A stretch of DNA of 64,000 bases from Octopus vulgaris (Eukaryota). The notes beneath the pieces were generated by a model, which ran no database searches, had not been told where the DNA came from, and saw only the letters and a list, made by a program, of their open reading frames with translations. Positions 40,542 to 56,033 of this stretch are shown here, in pieces (the first letter of the stretch is position 1; the number at the start of each line of letters is the position of its first letter). The position numbers and the translations under genes were made by a program. Location of the stretch: positions 2,170,001 through 2,234,000 of the forward strand of contig OX597833.1 of assembly GCA_951406725.2 (NCBI GenBank), in the 5' to 3' direction.

Positions 40542-41118
40542 GAGCTGGCAGAAACGTTAGCACGCCGGGCGAAATGCTTAGCGATATTTCGTCTGCGTTA
40601 CGTTGTGAGTTCGAATTCCGCCGAGGTCGACTTTACCTTTCATCCTTTCGGGATCGATAAATTAAGTACCAGTTACGCACTGGGGTCGATGTAATCGACT
40701 TAATCACTTTGTCTGTCCTTGTTTGTCCCCTCTGTGTTTAGCCCCTTGTGGGTAATAAAGAAATAGGTATGTAAATTTCGATATGCGTGTTTACCTTTAC
40801 CTTTCATCCTTTCGGGGTCGATAAATTAAGTACCAGTTACGCACTGGGGTCGATGTATCGACTTAATACCTATGTCTGTCCTTGATTGTCCCCTCTGTGT
40901 TTAGCCCCTTGTGGGTAATAAAGAAATAGGTATGTAAATTTCGATATGCGTGTTTACCTTTACCTTTCATCCTTTCGGGGTCGATAAATTAAGTACCAGT
41001 TACGCACTGGGGTCGATGTAATCGACTTAATCACTTTGTCTGTCCTTGTTTGTCCCCTCTGTGTTTAGCCCCTTGTGGGTAATAAAGAAATAGGTATGTA
41101 AATTTCGATATGCGTGTT
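40542..41118 (+). mobile_element. SINE-A followed by two ~163-bp tandem duplications of core+tail+3' flank
   Basis: GGTATGTAAATTTCGATATGCGTGTTT repeated after each of three tails; GGTATGT also precedes the head. Confidence 0.9.
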
Positions 41119-42616
41119 TCTGTTTCTGACCCCTTTTTTTCTTTCTGTTTCTCTCTCTCTCTTTTTCTCCCTTTGTGTGTGTGTCTGTGTGTTCCCGTAC
41201 GCAAAAAGCATCAATACACGTGTGGAATGTGAGATATGGCTATAAGATATTTCGATGTTTAGACGCAGAACTGCACTACTGCTATTTCAGAGGCAGAGAA
41301 AAACAAACACTCCCGCTCTTCTGGATATAATGATTATGATTAATGAACCGGTCACGACTTCTTGCTGTATCTCATTGCAGCTGAATGAAGGTCCTGTATT
41401 CGCAATAACATTGTTATCCGTAAATTAAACTGAGTTTCGTTTTGGCAGACGTGCTGGTTCCTACAACGCAGCAGTTTCACTTTCCTGTCTACGTTCGTAG
41501 ACTGTTGAATTTAGCTTAATTGATTTGTCCGTCAAGTTACTTCATGCTGAAAATTGCGAAGGAGGATGAAATAGTACTCTACATGTGTACCAGTGACTAA
41601 AACACTTTAAAAACCTCCTTTTATCTAACAGAAAATAAATTACAGATAAAAATTAAATAAGGACGAGATTTAACTTAATTTCAATTATATATCGAATATC
41701 GATTCTTTTCTTTTTAATGGTAAATTCACATGAAGAAAACCACAAATTTCTTTTATTTTTTTACTTGTTTCTGTTCTTGGACTCCCGTCATGCTCGAGCT
41801 CTGTCCTGAAGCGTTTAGTTGAACTAATCTGGTATATATTCTGTCGGTGTCCTTTTACGAACTGCTACGTTACGCAGTGATATTAGATATATATTTAATA
41901 TTATATTTGATACTGTGTAGTCTGACATTTACGTTATCATGTCACGTCACTTGTATGTCACTAAAGCGACTTAGTATTAGACTAATAATTGGGATAGTCG
42001 TAAGGTGTATTTGTTACTTTGGTGCAATGATGATCATAGCTACATGGTTCATAGCAGATGCGAAGTTCGAATTCTGTAGGCGATTATAAAATAATGTTAT
42101 GCCCTTTATAACACACATACACACACACACACGCATAGGCGCATACAGACCCACGTTCACATATCCATATCCATATACATATATATATATGCATATGTGT
42201 GTATGTGAGTGTATACATATATACATACATACATACATACATATATATATATATATGTGCGTGTGTGTGTGTGTGTGTATGTAAATATGTATATATATGT
42301 ATAAATATATATATATAAGAATTTTTTGCGTAATGAAATAAAAAAGCAAGGCTGTGTAGATATAAGAACATTTATAGATATGTTTTAGAGCTGTTTCCAG
42401 GATATTTATTAATTATATCCCTTCATCGGAGACGGGTGTGAGAGGATGGTTAAGTAATAACTAATTTAGATAGGATACAAAATAGAGAGTGAGGTGGAGG
42501 AAAGAAAATAGATGTGAGATATGTAGGGATATTGAATTTGTAGATCCATTTTTTAGGCAGAATGGTATATATGTAAAATTCCAATACCTTACGAGTAAAA
42601 ACAAACAGTATGCATA

Positions 42617-42729
<113 letters not shown>

Positions 42730-42804
42730 CATACATATATGTATATACGTATATATATATAAATATATATATAGATATATATATATATACATATATGTAT
42801 ATAC

Positions 42805-42850
<46 letters not shown>

Positions 42851-42867
42851 GTATACATATATATGTA

Positions 42868-42924
<57 letters not shown>

Positions 42925-43082
42925 ATATATATATATACTTATGTATGTATTGATATATTTGTATGCGTATATAAACACATGCATATAGGTATTTTATATA
43001 CATGTATGCATTCGTATATATTGATATATACATATATATATATACATGCAGACACGTACGCATACCTTACATACACATACCC

Positions 43083-43123
<41 letters not shown>

Positions 43124-43458
43124 TACACATAGTACACAGAAAAAGTAGATATGGGCGAAATGAATTGACAGAATGGCGTAGTTCGTAAATATCTGGGGCA
43201 GAAGAACACAGGTCGCGTCTATCTTGAGAGACACACAGTCTATCTCTGTGTGTGTGTATTTGTGTGTGTGTAATACAGATAAATACAGACTCTTCACTGT
43301 GTATATATATATGCATATGTATATATATTGGATAGACCCAGTTTCTGTCTATCTTCTTCCAACAAGCTGAAGTCTATATATGCGCGGCATCCTGATAACA
43401 GAAATCTGTTGTACCGTTTTTCATGCCTCGATGTTTGAGTAGTAACAGAAATGGTATA

Positions 43459-43531
<73 letters not shown>

Positions 43532-43675
43532 CTACTGTTATTCGTATTTACCGCTGTTAAGTCTTTGGTAGCAGAGGAAACATTTATGGCCTTATATACA
43601 TATACATACCTACACACGCACATACATACATAAATGCACACATAAATAAATATACACACACACACACACACACAC

Positions 43676-43706
<31 letters not shown>

Positions 43707-43894
43707 CAAATATGTGTGCATATATATGTTCTTGGCTGCTACTTTATGTTATTGAACCTAGCGAAAGGAAAGACGATGTTGGCTTTGGTTGGATTTGAAC
43801 TCAGAGCATAAAGAGCGGAAACAAAATACTTAGAGGCTTTTTTTTCATCCCCAAACTACAACGATTCTACCGTGAAGATCTACAGCGATTCTGC

Positions 43895-44210
43895 CGGTAA
43901 GAGCGTCGGGGTCACAATCATGAAGTAGTGAGTTCGATTCCTGGACTGGGCTGTGTATTGTATTCTTGAGCAAGGCACTTTGTTTCAAGTTGCTCCAGTT
44001 CACTCAGCTGTAGAAATTAGTTGTGACGTCACAGGTGCCATGATGTATTGGTCTTTGCTTTTCCCTTGGATAACATCAGTGGCGTGAAGAGAGGGACGCT
44101 GGTATGCATGGGCGACTGCCGGTCTTCCATAAACAACCTTGCCTGGACTTGTACCACGGAGTGTAACTTTCTAGGTGCAATCACATTGCCATCCATGACG
44201 GAAGGGGATC
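43895..44210 (+). mobile_element. SINE-C with a third 3' tail
   Basis: GAGTTCGATTCC, TTCTTGAGCAAGGCACTT core, distinct downstream sequence. Confidence 0.75.
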
Positions 44211-44254
44211 CCTTCCCTAACGATTCTACCAACACAATATCCCTATAAGCGAGA

Positions 44255-44830
44255 AATAATGGTTTCAAATTTTGGCACAGGACCATAAATTTTAGGGGCA
44301 GGATTTAGTCGATTACATAGACCCCTAGTGGTCTCATAGTGCCTATTATATTGACTTCGAAAGGATGAAAGACGAAGTTGGCTTCGGTGAGATTTGAACG
44401 AAGAACGTATAGAGACCTTAGAAATGTCACGTGACACATTGTCCGAGTCTCTAACCATTTTGGAAATCCAGCACCTTTAATAGTTTCTAACTTAGAAACA
44501 AGGCTAGCAGAGTTTCAGGAGTAGGGCCCTGTCGATTACAGAGACCTCACTGATAGTTTATTTTATCGACCCCGAAAGGATGAGAACTAGTTGACTTCAG
44601 TAGGATTCGAACTCCGAACGTTGAAATTCAGTATTGCAAAGCGTTTTTCTCTGACGCTCTTAACTATTCTGCCAGTCCGTCTCCTATGTTAAGGTTTCTG
44701 ATTTTTCTGATTTAAGCACAAGGCCAGCATGATTTTGAGAGAAGTCTTAGTCGGTTGCATCGATACCTCAGAAAGTGACCAGTAATCATATGCTATCGAC
44801 TCCGGAGATATGAACGTTAAAGTTGCTTGC
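44255..44830 (-). mobile_element. Cluster of old degenerate SINE-A-like copies
   Basis: CGAAAGGATGAAAG, TTTATCGACCCCGAAAGGATG and CACAAGGCC remnants. Confidence 0.65.
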
Positions 44831-45447
44831 AAAGCGGTCTTTGGCCACTGTTGTATGTTTTTTGACAACGGGTTTCGCCCTGACCGATATTATATTCCGA
44901 AGTGGTCGATTGGATGGTTCTATCTATGTACAGTATTATTATCCTCAAAAGCTTTGTTTGTTATAACGTCCTCTCATTATCACAGTATGATTACTAAATC
45001 AACACTGACACGACTATCAACACAGTCTACACCTACTCTCCACCTCTGCCTTTCCCTGTCGACCGGCTACTGATCTATTTGTAATGGCTGGCTACTACCA
45101 CATTTTACCGGGAGGGCTGTATAGTTTCACTATACAACAGTTGATCGCAGTGGGAATGGAATTCAGGACTTGAGGAGACCAATCAAATCCTAGAAGTTAT
45201 TTATCGCAGACTTTAACGATTCGGCCGAGCAAATATAGCCTGAAAAGGGAGAAATAATGAAAAAGAAAGATCTAAAGCTCGCCTACAGTAGAAATAATAT
45301 TTCAATAATGAGATTATAATTGGCAACGAAAGGATTTTGACAGACATAAATGAGTGATTGATCGACTGAGTGATCGAACAATTAATCAAACAATCGATTA
45401 GTTAATTTAGATAATTAACTAATTGATACTTAATGAGTTTATCTCAT

Positions 45448-45818
45448 TTTGGTACCACGCCAGTAGTTTTGGGGACAGGGGTTGATCGATTACCTTGACC
45501 TCAGTGCGTAACTGGTACTTACTTTATCGACCTCAAATCGATGAAAGGCAAAGTCGAACTCGGAAGGTTAGAACGGACGCAATGCCGCTAACGATTCTGC
45601 CACCTCGCTGCCTTCAATAGACTCATCACAATCCTATCTGCTAAAGGTACAAGGACCGAAATTTTGGTGGGAGGGGACTAGTTAATTACATCGACCCCAG
45701 TAGGTAACTGGCACTTATTTTATCGACCGAGAAAGGATGAAAGGCAAAGTCGACGTCGCTGGGTTTTGAACTCAGAACGTGAAGCACTTTGCATTTCAAA
45801 TCAACCAGCTCGCTGCCT
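45448..45818 (-). mobile_element. Two degenerate SINE-A copies
   Basis: GATGAAAGGCAAAGTCGA twice, each with a CTCGCTGCCTT head end. Confidence 0.8.
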
Positions 45819-45830
45819 TCGATACACTCA

Positions 45831-46104
<274 letters not shown>

Positions 46105-47149
46105 GAAGCGAAATAAAAACCAGTGTGTGAGTGTGTGTTTATTGGCACAATGACCTTCCCAAGATACCACAAAATCTGTTTCAACACCCAAGCTCCCATA
46201 AAAAATCTTGCAAACCATATGATGCAAAACGAAGTAGAAAGGAATTTGGGAGTGGAATAATGAAGGAAAGAACGATGAGAAGGAAGGACAGAAAGAAGAA
46301 TCGAAGGAAGAAAGGAAAGAAAGAAAGGAAGAATAGTGGGTGAGAGAAGCGAACCCCCCCCCCCCCCCACAAAAACAAGGACGGACAAGGAATAGTGAAG
46401 AATATGGAAGAGGAAGAAATGTGTTGATGTGAAGGGATCGGTTGAAGGGTGTCAAAGACAAGGGAGGTTGTGGCCTCGGCACCGGGATTGGCCAACAGTG
46501 GCAGCAGGGAGGGGGGGATGGCAAGCATAGGTGGGTGTGGTGGTGGTGATGGCGATGACGGTGGTCGTGTGGGAGGTAGTGAGAGTGAAGGGGGGCTGGC
46601 GAAGATTATCATAGTGTTGGACCCGACGTTGTTGTTGTTGTTGTTGTTATTGTTAGGAACGGTGTGGTGGTGGTGGTGGCGGCGGAGGCGATGGTGGCGG
46701 CGACGGTGGCGGTGGTGGTGGTGGTGGATGCAGTGGTGGTGGTGGATGCAGTAGTGGTGGTCGTCGTGTTATTTGCACTGATGTTACTAACGATCGTGGT
46801 CGTAGTAATGGTGTTGTGATTTTTGTTGCTGGTGTTGTTGTTGTTGGTGGTGGTGCTGGTGGTAGTGGTGGCGGTGGTGGTAACGTCAGTCTTTGTTGTT
46901 GTTGTTGTTGTTGCTGTTTCTCTCGGTATATTTCTATACTTCGAGATATGGAATAGGTTAGAAACATGTTGACCCAATTCCAAAAAAATACTCTAAATTT
47001 TTATTTATTTATTTTGCTTATTTATTTATTATTCTGTTTATTTACTTATTTACTTATTTATTTATTCATTTGTTTATTTATTTTTCTTTTTGGATTTCTT
47101 AACAATTATTATTATCGCCGTTATTACTGTTATTATTGTTATCGCCATC

Positions 47150-47473
47150 GTTTATCATCCCTCATCATCCTCATCATCATCATCTCCATCATCATCATCA
47201 TCAACATCGTACTCATCACCGTCATCATCATCATCAACATCAGCTTCACCACCACCACCATCATCATCATCATCAACACCATCGTCATCAATATCATCAT
47301 CATCTCCATCACCATCACCATCATCATCATCATCATCATCACCATCACATCATCATCATCATCATCAGCTTCACCACCATCATCATCATCATCATCAACA
47401 CCATCGTCATCATCATCATCATCATCTCCATCATCATCATCATCATCATCAATATCATCATCATCTCCATCAC

Positions 47474-47519
<46 letters not shown>

Positions 47520-47565
47520 TCCATCATCATCTTCATCATCATCATCAGCTTCACCACCACCATCA

Positions 47566-47596
<31 letters not shown>

Positions 47597-47642
47597 CATC
47601 ATCATCACCACCACCATCACCATCATCATCATCATCATCGTC

Positions 47643-47674
<32 letters not shown>

Positions 47675-47680
47675 CACCGT
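47150..47680. repeat. (CAT)n microsatellite with higher-order variants
   Basis: Recurrent CAGCTTCACCACCA and CTCCAT interruptions. Confidence 0.95.
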
Positions 47681-47969
47681 CGCCGCCGTTCTTTGGTCGC
47701 TATTTCGCTTCTCCCTCTTAACATACTATTAACGTTTGTTTTAGCATTATTTTTGTTTCTATTAAGGAGGAGGAGGGGGAGGAGGGGGAGGAGGGGGGAG
47801 GAGGGTTCGTTTGTTGCTCGGAAAATGTCTTTTATTTATTTTTGTCTTCCCAACGTTCAACGTTTTGCTGTGTGTTTCGTTCTTATTTCTTTTTGTTCAT
47901 CGTATTTGCTTCATTGTTTCCATCTGTGCTTCTCACTAGAAATACATATACACACACACACACATACAC

Positions 47970-48016
<47 letters not shown>

Positions 48017-48123
48017 TACACACACATATATATATATATATATATACACATATATGCATACTTACATACACACATGCATACATACACACGTACATACATA
48101 TATATGTACATATATATATATAT

Positions 48124-48170
<47 letters not shown>

Positions 48171-48192
48171 CATATACATACATATATATACA

Positions 48193-48269
<77 letters not shown>

Positions 48270-48429
48270 GTATATATATATATATATGCATATATGTATA
48301 TATATCGAGAGAAGCAACTTCTGGATTTTGTTACATTTTTAGAGTGTTTTTAGCCTCTCATTTTAATTTCGATGTAGTTGTTTTTGTTGCTGCTGCTGTT
48401 GTTGTTGTTGTTGTTGTTGGTGGTGGTGG

Positions 48430-48461
<32 letters not shown>

Positions 48462-48763
48462 GTGGTAGTGGTGGTCCGCCATTCACACGCAGCTCAAACT
48501 AAAAATATCTCGGGTCGCTTAAATATTTACCTTAGGAGTTGATAAATATACCCCGACTTCCTTGAAACTTTCACACAACCATTTCGTTCTCATCATGCAT
48601 AAGCGTGAATGTTTTGCATACGTACATATATGCATATACACACACATATATATGCATACATGCCTTCATAGATACACACATCCATATACAAATATACACA
48701 CATACATAAACACACACACACCCATATATACCTATGAATACATTTATTTGTATGTTTCTTTTA

Positions 48764-48817
<54 letters not shown>

Positions 48818-48832
48818 TATCTGTATATATAT

Positions 48833-49005
48833 AGGCGCAGGTGGAGCTGTGTGGTAAGTAGCTTGCTTACCAACCACATGGTTCTGGGTTCAGTCCCTCT
48901 GTGTGGCACCTTGGGCAAGTATCTTCTGCTATAGCTTCAAGCTATAGCAGAAGACCAAAGCTTTATGAGTGGATTTTGTAGACGGAAAATGAAAGAAGCC
49001 TGTCG

Positions 49006-49042
<37 letters not shown>

Positions 49043-49252
49043 TTCTATGTTTGTGTGTCTTTGTCATCGTTTGATGATGGGGGACACTTGTTGGTGTGTT
49101 TACATCTCTGTAACTTAGCGGTTCGGCAACAAAGTGACCGATAGAATAAGTACTAGGCTTACAAAGCATAAGTCCTAGAGTCGATTTGTTCGACTAAAGG
49201 AGGTGCTCCAGCATGGCTGCAGTCAAATGACTGAAACAAATAAAAGAATAAA
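48833..49252 (+). mobile_element. Full-length SINE-B with an internal fold-back mutation
   Basis: AGGCGCAGGTGGAGCTGTGTGGTAAG to GAAACAAATAAAAGAATAAA. Confidence 0.9.
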
Positions 49253-49311
49253 ACAATACATGTATGTATATCTATACATCTATATATATACATATATGAC
49301 TATACACCCCC

Positions 49312-49363
<52 letters not shown>

Positions 49364-49386
49364 GTATATATATGTATATATGTATA

Positions 49387-49467
<81 letters not shown>

Positions 49468-50834
49468 ACGCGCATATGCGAAAACCTCTTAGCGAATTGT
49501 TCAACCGAACAGAATCAGAAGCGAAATAAATTAATAAAAACGCTAATTAAAATTTATTTAATCATTAAAAATAATTAATATAACTAATAAAGGAATGCAT
49601 TGTTTGAATATGAGTAATTCCTACGGAATGGCTGAAAAAATAAGTTGTGAGTTTCATGGCTGAAACCCCTTTTATCAATAAACCTCATTAGTCCCCGAAC
49701 AAGGATAGGCTTTAGAAGTGAACTCTAACGAATGTCTTTGAAAATAAATTCGAAAAATAACGAAAACGCAAGAAACCTTTTGGAAAATGCCATTTTCAAA
49801 AAGATCCTTATATTTTTTCTCAGACCTATTAAAATACTCTCTCAGTTCCGCCAGCCATTCCATCGCATACACACAGACAACATACAGAAAAATACATTTA
49901 TACGCTTGCACACAGACAGAACGTGTGTGCACGGAAACACGCACTCCAGAGCACACACGCTCTCGCATATTGCTAAGAATTTCGGCATTTTCCAACACTC
50001 TACGTTCGCCTATCACAACACACACAAGCGCGCATACACACACATGTTTACACGCATACAGGCAAACATACAAACACACATACGTATACACACACATAGA
50101 AATAAGCACAGGGCACACATATACGTACACCCACACATACACGTACATCTATAACACCCATAATACACACATACACTCACACTCACACACACACACATAA
50201 TCATAAATGAACGTTGAAGAATTTCACGCAATTTCCAAAACATAACACCCATTCACACGCACACACACAACGAACAAACTCACACACACACACTCACAAA
50301 CAAACGAATATACATGCACACACGAACTCATACATCCACACTCACACACTCACACACGCACACAGTACTCAACAAGAAACACACGCATACAGGCACACAC
50401 ACACACATAGACATACACACACAAGCTTCGAAGAATTTCTCGCAGTTTCCAAAATAAAACACCCCTACCATACACACACACACACACACACAACATACAT
50501 GCATACATACACTCGCACGTGCATCACCACCCCGCACGTTCACACGTACACCCACTCACCGCTGCCGAAAAAGGCTCCTTAAAATATTCGGGTACCATTA
50601 AATATAGTCGCAGACTTCTTTGTTTGTTTGTTTTTTCTTCAGGAATATTCAGAAATAGATCCAAATGTTTCCACATCCTCCCACCCGCCATTTCGCCTGT
50701 TCACACAATTTCATTTATTCCATGTGGCAAAGGCCTCAAGGAGCCATCCGAAGTGTGGCAGAGCCTGCTAGAAATAACAGTCAAATCTTCATTGTATTCA
50801 CCTTGTATGTAGTTTTCTTCGAAGCAATAAAATT

Positions 50835-50960
50835 AAATTATTTACATTATTTACATTTGACGGATATTTGTCCTCATCTTGTTTGTTGTTAACATAACGT
50901 TTCGGCTGATATACCCTCCAGCCTTCATCAGGTGTCTAGTGGAAATTTCCGTCCTGGGTT
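50835..50960 (-). mobile_element. Second copy of hammerhead-bearing Penelope-like repeat (motif ~50892-50936)
   Basis: Minus strand GACAC-CTGATGA-A-GGCTGGAGGGTATATCAGCC-GAAAC-GTT, identical core to 10263-10303. Confidence 0.75.
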
Positions 50961-51206
50961 GAAACACTCCTGTCACAACCTGGGACCTTGAAGACTGCTT
51001 TAATGCAAGAAAGTATACTAGTCCGTTAATATTTGATATTCAATATTTCATCTTCAATAAGACAATCAATACTTCATTTCATTATACTATATATATATAT
51101 TATTTATACTATATATTCTATATTCTACATTAATATTATAAAGAATATAAATAAAACATAAAACAGAGTTGGAATTCCTTTGAATAATATATATATATAT
51201 ATATAT

Positions 51207-51373
51207 AGGCGCAGGAGTGGCTGTGTGGTAAGTAGCTTGTTTACCAGCCACATGGTTCCGGGTTCAGTCCCACTACGTGGCACCTTGGGCAAGTGTCCTC
51301 TACTATAGCCTCGGGCCGACCAAAGCCTTGTGAGTGGATTTGGTAGACGCAAACTGAAAAGAAGCCCGTCGTA

Positions 51374-51415
<42 letters not shown>

Positions 51416-51647
51416 TATATGCGTGTGTGTGTTTGTGTGTCTGTGTTTGTTCCCCTAGCATTGCTTGACAACCGATGCTGGTGTGTTTATGTCCCCGTTA
51501 ACTTAGCGGTTCGGCAAAAGAGACCGATAGAATAAGTACTGGGCTTACAAAAAGAATAAGTCCCGGGGTCGAGTTGCTCGATTAAATGGCGGTGCCCCAG
51601 CATGGCCGCAGTCAAATGACTGAAACAAGTAAAAGAGTAAGAGAGTA
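51207..51647 (+). mobile_element. Full-length SINE-B
   Basis: Complete head, internal (TA)n, AAGAGT tail. Confidence 0.92.
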
Positions 51648-52083
51648 TATACATATATATAGATGTGACAGAGTGAGCATTACTGATAGGTATTAATTTC
51701 CTACACGAAATTAACATGCTAACCTAATGCATTTCACTCCCTGTGCTGTTGGTGTTTACCTCTCGCACAAAGATTTCATATAGTTTATTTCTCTTTTTTC
51801 AAGACCCAGCAACAGCTTTTCACTGGAGAAAGCGTATAGTATTTTGCGAGTGGAATGAGATTTCATCACTAGCTGGAGATTGTAACACACTGAAGGCGGC
51901 TAACTACCCAGAAACCCGGGTCTGTGTGTATCACGTAAGGCTAGAGATGTGAGCGATGACCTTCCCTCATAAATACTAATCGGACAGACAGTGGCGTCAG
52001 CCAACTGTCTTCCTAGGGCTAAAAACCACAGTAACATCGTCGTCTGTGGTGCCGCCAGATTTAGCTGGCATACATATTTTACG

Positions 52084-52138
<55 letters not shown>

Positions 52139-52222
52139 GGTCATTCAAAATGTGACCGGGTGTGTACCGTTGGCGATTTTTTTTCCTCTGTCTTCCCTTC
52201 CTTGGATCTTTCCTTTTCCTAT

Positions 52223-52257
52223 GTTTCTGACGAAGAGCTCTGCTCGAAACGTTGAAT
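52223..52257 (+). ncRNA. Minimal hammerhead ribozyme motif within a Penelope-like fragment (52137-52360)
   Basis: CUGACGA-A-GAGC UCU GCUC-GAAAC-GUU, weak stem I GUUU/GAAU; fragment lies between (TA)n and (CA)n. Confidence 0.65.
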
Positions 52258-52468
52258 CTTCCTTCTTTCCTTCTTTTCCTTAGCGTCCAATAACACTATA
52301 CTTGTTCAACGTCCTCGCGTTGTTGTGTTTTCTCTTTGTGTTTTCATGTTTGTATTAACTACACACACACGCACACACACACACACACACACAAAGAAAG
52401 GACATAATTTCGGTTGGATTCGAACCTGTATTGTATGGCTTACTTTCCAGATACATTATGATATATGA

Positions 52469-52688
52469 TTTACTTTTACTGGTTTCAATCACTTTGACTG
52501 CGGCCATGCTGGAGCACCGTCTTTCGTCGAACAAATTGACCCCATGACTTATTCTTTGTAAGCCTAGTACATATTCTATCGGTCCCATTTACCGAACCGC
52601 TAGTTCACCGCTAGCCTTACGTGATACACACAGACCCAGGTTTCTGATAGTTACCCGCCTGATGTCAAGCGATTGTGGTGGCACAAAC

Positions 52689-52740
<52 letters not shown>

Positions 52741-52898
52741 GACGGGCTTCTTTCAGTTTCCGCCTACCAAATCCATTCATAAGGCTTTGGTCGGCCCAAA
52801 GAGTAGAAGACACTTGCCCAAGGTACCATGCAGTGGGAGTAAACCCGGAACTACGTGCTTGGGAAGCAAGTTCTTACCACACAGCTACTCCTGCGCCT
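52469..52898 (-). mobile_element. Diverged SINE-B with a ~45-bp internal replacement
   Basis: Homology to SINE-B interrupted at ~52605-52655. Confidence 0.85.
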
Positions 52899-53146
52899 AT
52901 AGGAGAAGAATAAGTTCTTGTTCGTAAATACAATGCGGAATAGTAAAAACCTTCAAGTCGATCCTAACTTTTCCAGCCAATAGTTTTCTTTATACAAGAA
53001 ATACTTTCTTCTAAGCTGCGCACTCACCCTAACCCCCCACGAAAGTGAAGAATTCTAGCGAATTTCAAGGAAGTAGAAGAGAGAGGAACGGCACTGATTG
53101 TATGAATACTATACAAAAATTATTACCATGATATATAAATAAAAAA

Positions 53147-53195
<49 letters not shown>

Positions 53196-53282
53196 TATAT
53201 ACATATATATACATACATATATATATATATACATATATATATACATACATATATATATATACATGTATATACATATACATAT

Positions 53283-53334
<52 letters not shown>

Positions 53335-53456
53335 GTATATATATGTATATAATTCTGAGTGCGTGTGTGTGTGTGTATATATATATATATACATATATAT
53401 ATGTATGTATAAGTATATATATATGTATATATATATATGTATATAATTCTGAGTGC

Positions 53457-53512
<56 letters not shown>

Positions 53513-53652
53513 TATATATTTATATAAACAATGATATATTTATATATATATATATATATATGTATATGTATATGTTAATTGCGTGTATGCATACAAAAGT
53601 AAATGGCTGAATGTACGGGTATATATCAAAGTAAGAAACTTGCGTAATACTT

Positions 53653-53698
<46 letters not shown>

Positions 53699-54158
53699 TC
53701 GTATCTATGTTTACATACTTACGTACATCCATTCAAAGAGGCACGCAAAGAACCGTACGCTTAAAAACAAACACAAAAACATACGCATACACCAATACAA
53801 ACATATACCCATACTCACATCTACACACATACACATAGAAGCAGGTACTTACAAATAAACTTACACACCTTAGTTCTGAATCATAAATGACGCAGCCATT
53901 TTATTTTATCTTCTTCTCTATGTCTAAGCGTGCATTACAGCAATGTTCCACGTTTCACTTATAACGAAAATACTACGTACAACGGTCTGTTATATTGTAT
54001 AGACAAAGAACTGTATTTTTTTGAAGAGACTGATTTTAGGGTGGAATGCAAAGAAGTATTAGAAGCTTTTGAGGAATATACTGTATCTTTACTGTCTATG
54101 CACGAGTGTTGTGTGTGAGTGTGTAGTGCATATATAAATAACTACGCATAGGCTTGTA

Positions 54159-54208
<50 letters not shown>

Positions 54209-54647
54209 TACATATATTTATATAAATATATAAGTATGTGTATTTTTATATTTGGCTGTGTAACTGTTTGTGTATATTTTGTGTATTTGATTATGAGCGT
54301 GTGTGTGTGTGCGTATATATATATATATATATATATTTGTATATCTTTATATTTAGCTGTGTGGTCGTTTATCTAAAGATATTTGTATATTTGTATATGA
54401 GAGTATATATATATACGTAAATATATGCGTGTGTGTTTGTGTGCACATATATTTATTTATATATATACACACACACACTTATACATACACATATATACAC
54501 ATATAATGAGGCAGATGTTCGTATATAAATATATATAATATGTCTCTTTCTGTCTATCTACCTGTCTACCTACCTACCTTTCTATCTATCCATATATCTA
54601 TCAATCTATTTATCTATCTATCTATCAATGTATTTAACTATCTTTCA

Positions 54648-54710
<63 letters not shown>

Positions 54711-56033
54711 TGTATGTATGTATTATGTATGTATACATACATATACACACATAAATGTGCGAGAGATTGAATATGGCTATATGTGTTCAAGTATATATAC
54801 ATATGTATACATGTATACCTACATATATATACACACATACAAAAACCCAGTTATGTGTATATCCAGTATTATTCTTACCATCATTCATTATTTCTTAAGA
54901 AAGTGACTCTTAGATAGTAGATTGTATCTAAGCATGCGCACTCGATTTTGTGTGTATGAATAAGTCTAAATGCGCACGCGCACGTTAAAGTATGTTATTG
55001 ATGGGGGCCATACTTGAAAACTTATAATCAATATATTATTTCGCTCTACATCATCTCTTAATAAACATATAAATTCATAATTACTCTCCATGTCAATCGT
55101 GTGTATACGTGTGTGTATTTGTGTGTATCGTGTGTGTGTGTGTGTGTATATGTATATATATATTCTTATTCGTAATAGGTATGTACGTATGTATGTATGT
55201 ATGTATATATATATATATATGTAGGGGGCGTGTGTACATATGATCATATTCATAATAGGTATGTATATATGTGTGTATGTATGTGTGTGTAGGTATGTGT
55301 GTGTGTCTGTATATACATGTGTGGATATACATATATTCATATTTATAATAGGTATGCATGTATATATATGTGTGTATCTGTGTATGTGTGTGTATATATG
55401 TGTGTATGTATATATATATACACGTATGTGTATATATATATATACATATATATATATTTATATTCATAATAGTTATGTATGTATATATATATATGTGTGT
55501 GTATATGTGTGTATGCATGTGTGTATATATGTGTGTGTATTATATATGTGTATGTGTGTTTATATATGCATATATTTGTAGTTTACAGTTCCGTTATAAG
55601 TACGATCAATAAGAGAAACGTATTTCATTACACTAAACGATAAACATGATTTAATGTGCACAATATCTAAACATGACCTGTTAAATAGTTTCATGCGATG
55701 GAAACACGATAACTCAGCAGATTTAAATAACGAGCTATGTGGTTTCATGCAATCTCTCAGGTTCGGTGCGCACCATTAGTCTTATTACGAAAACCAGAAC
55801 CAAATATTACTGACGACGTCTATTAAACCTGGAAGTTTGTTGGAAGGAACGGAATACGACACATTATGTAAATCTGGTGGCTTTTGTCGAACGTAATGAA
55901 AATCAAACACAGACACACACATTTTTACATGCATCTATAGCTACAAATATATGTATATTAATAGTAATAGTATGACAACAAAATAATGTATGAGACCTCG
56001 GTATTATGTAAATAGAGGAATGTATCTGTATGA

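Noticed and set aside
41372-41420. Small plus-strand exon reading LNEGPVFAITLLS
   Set aside because: Too short, weak donor, no supporting neighbouring exons
47090-48502. 470-aa His/Ser-rich ORF
   Set aside because: Product of (CAT)n and (TA)n microsatellites
50642-50770. Exon after a strong polypyrimidine acceptor
   Set aside because: No donor and no recognisable peptide
53930-54118. 62-aa non-repetitive ORF
   Set aside because: No motif recognised, ambiguous splice sites; cannot be supported without RNA data
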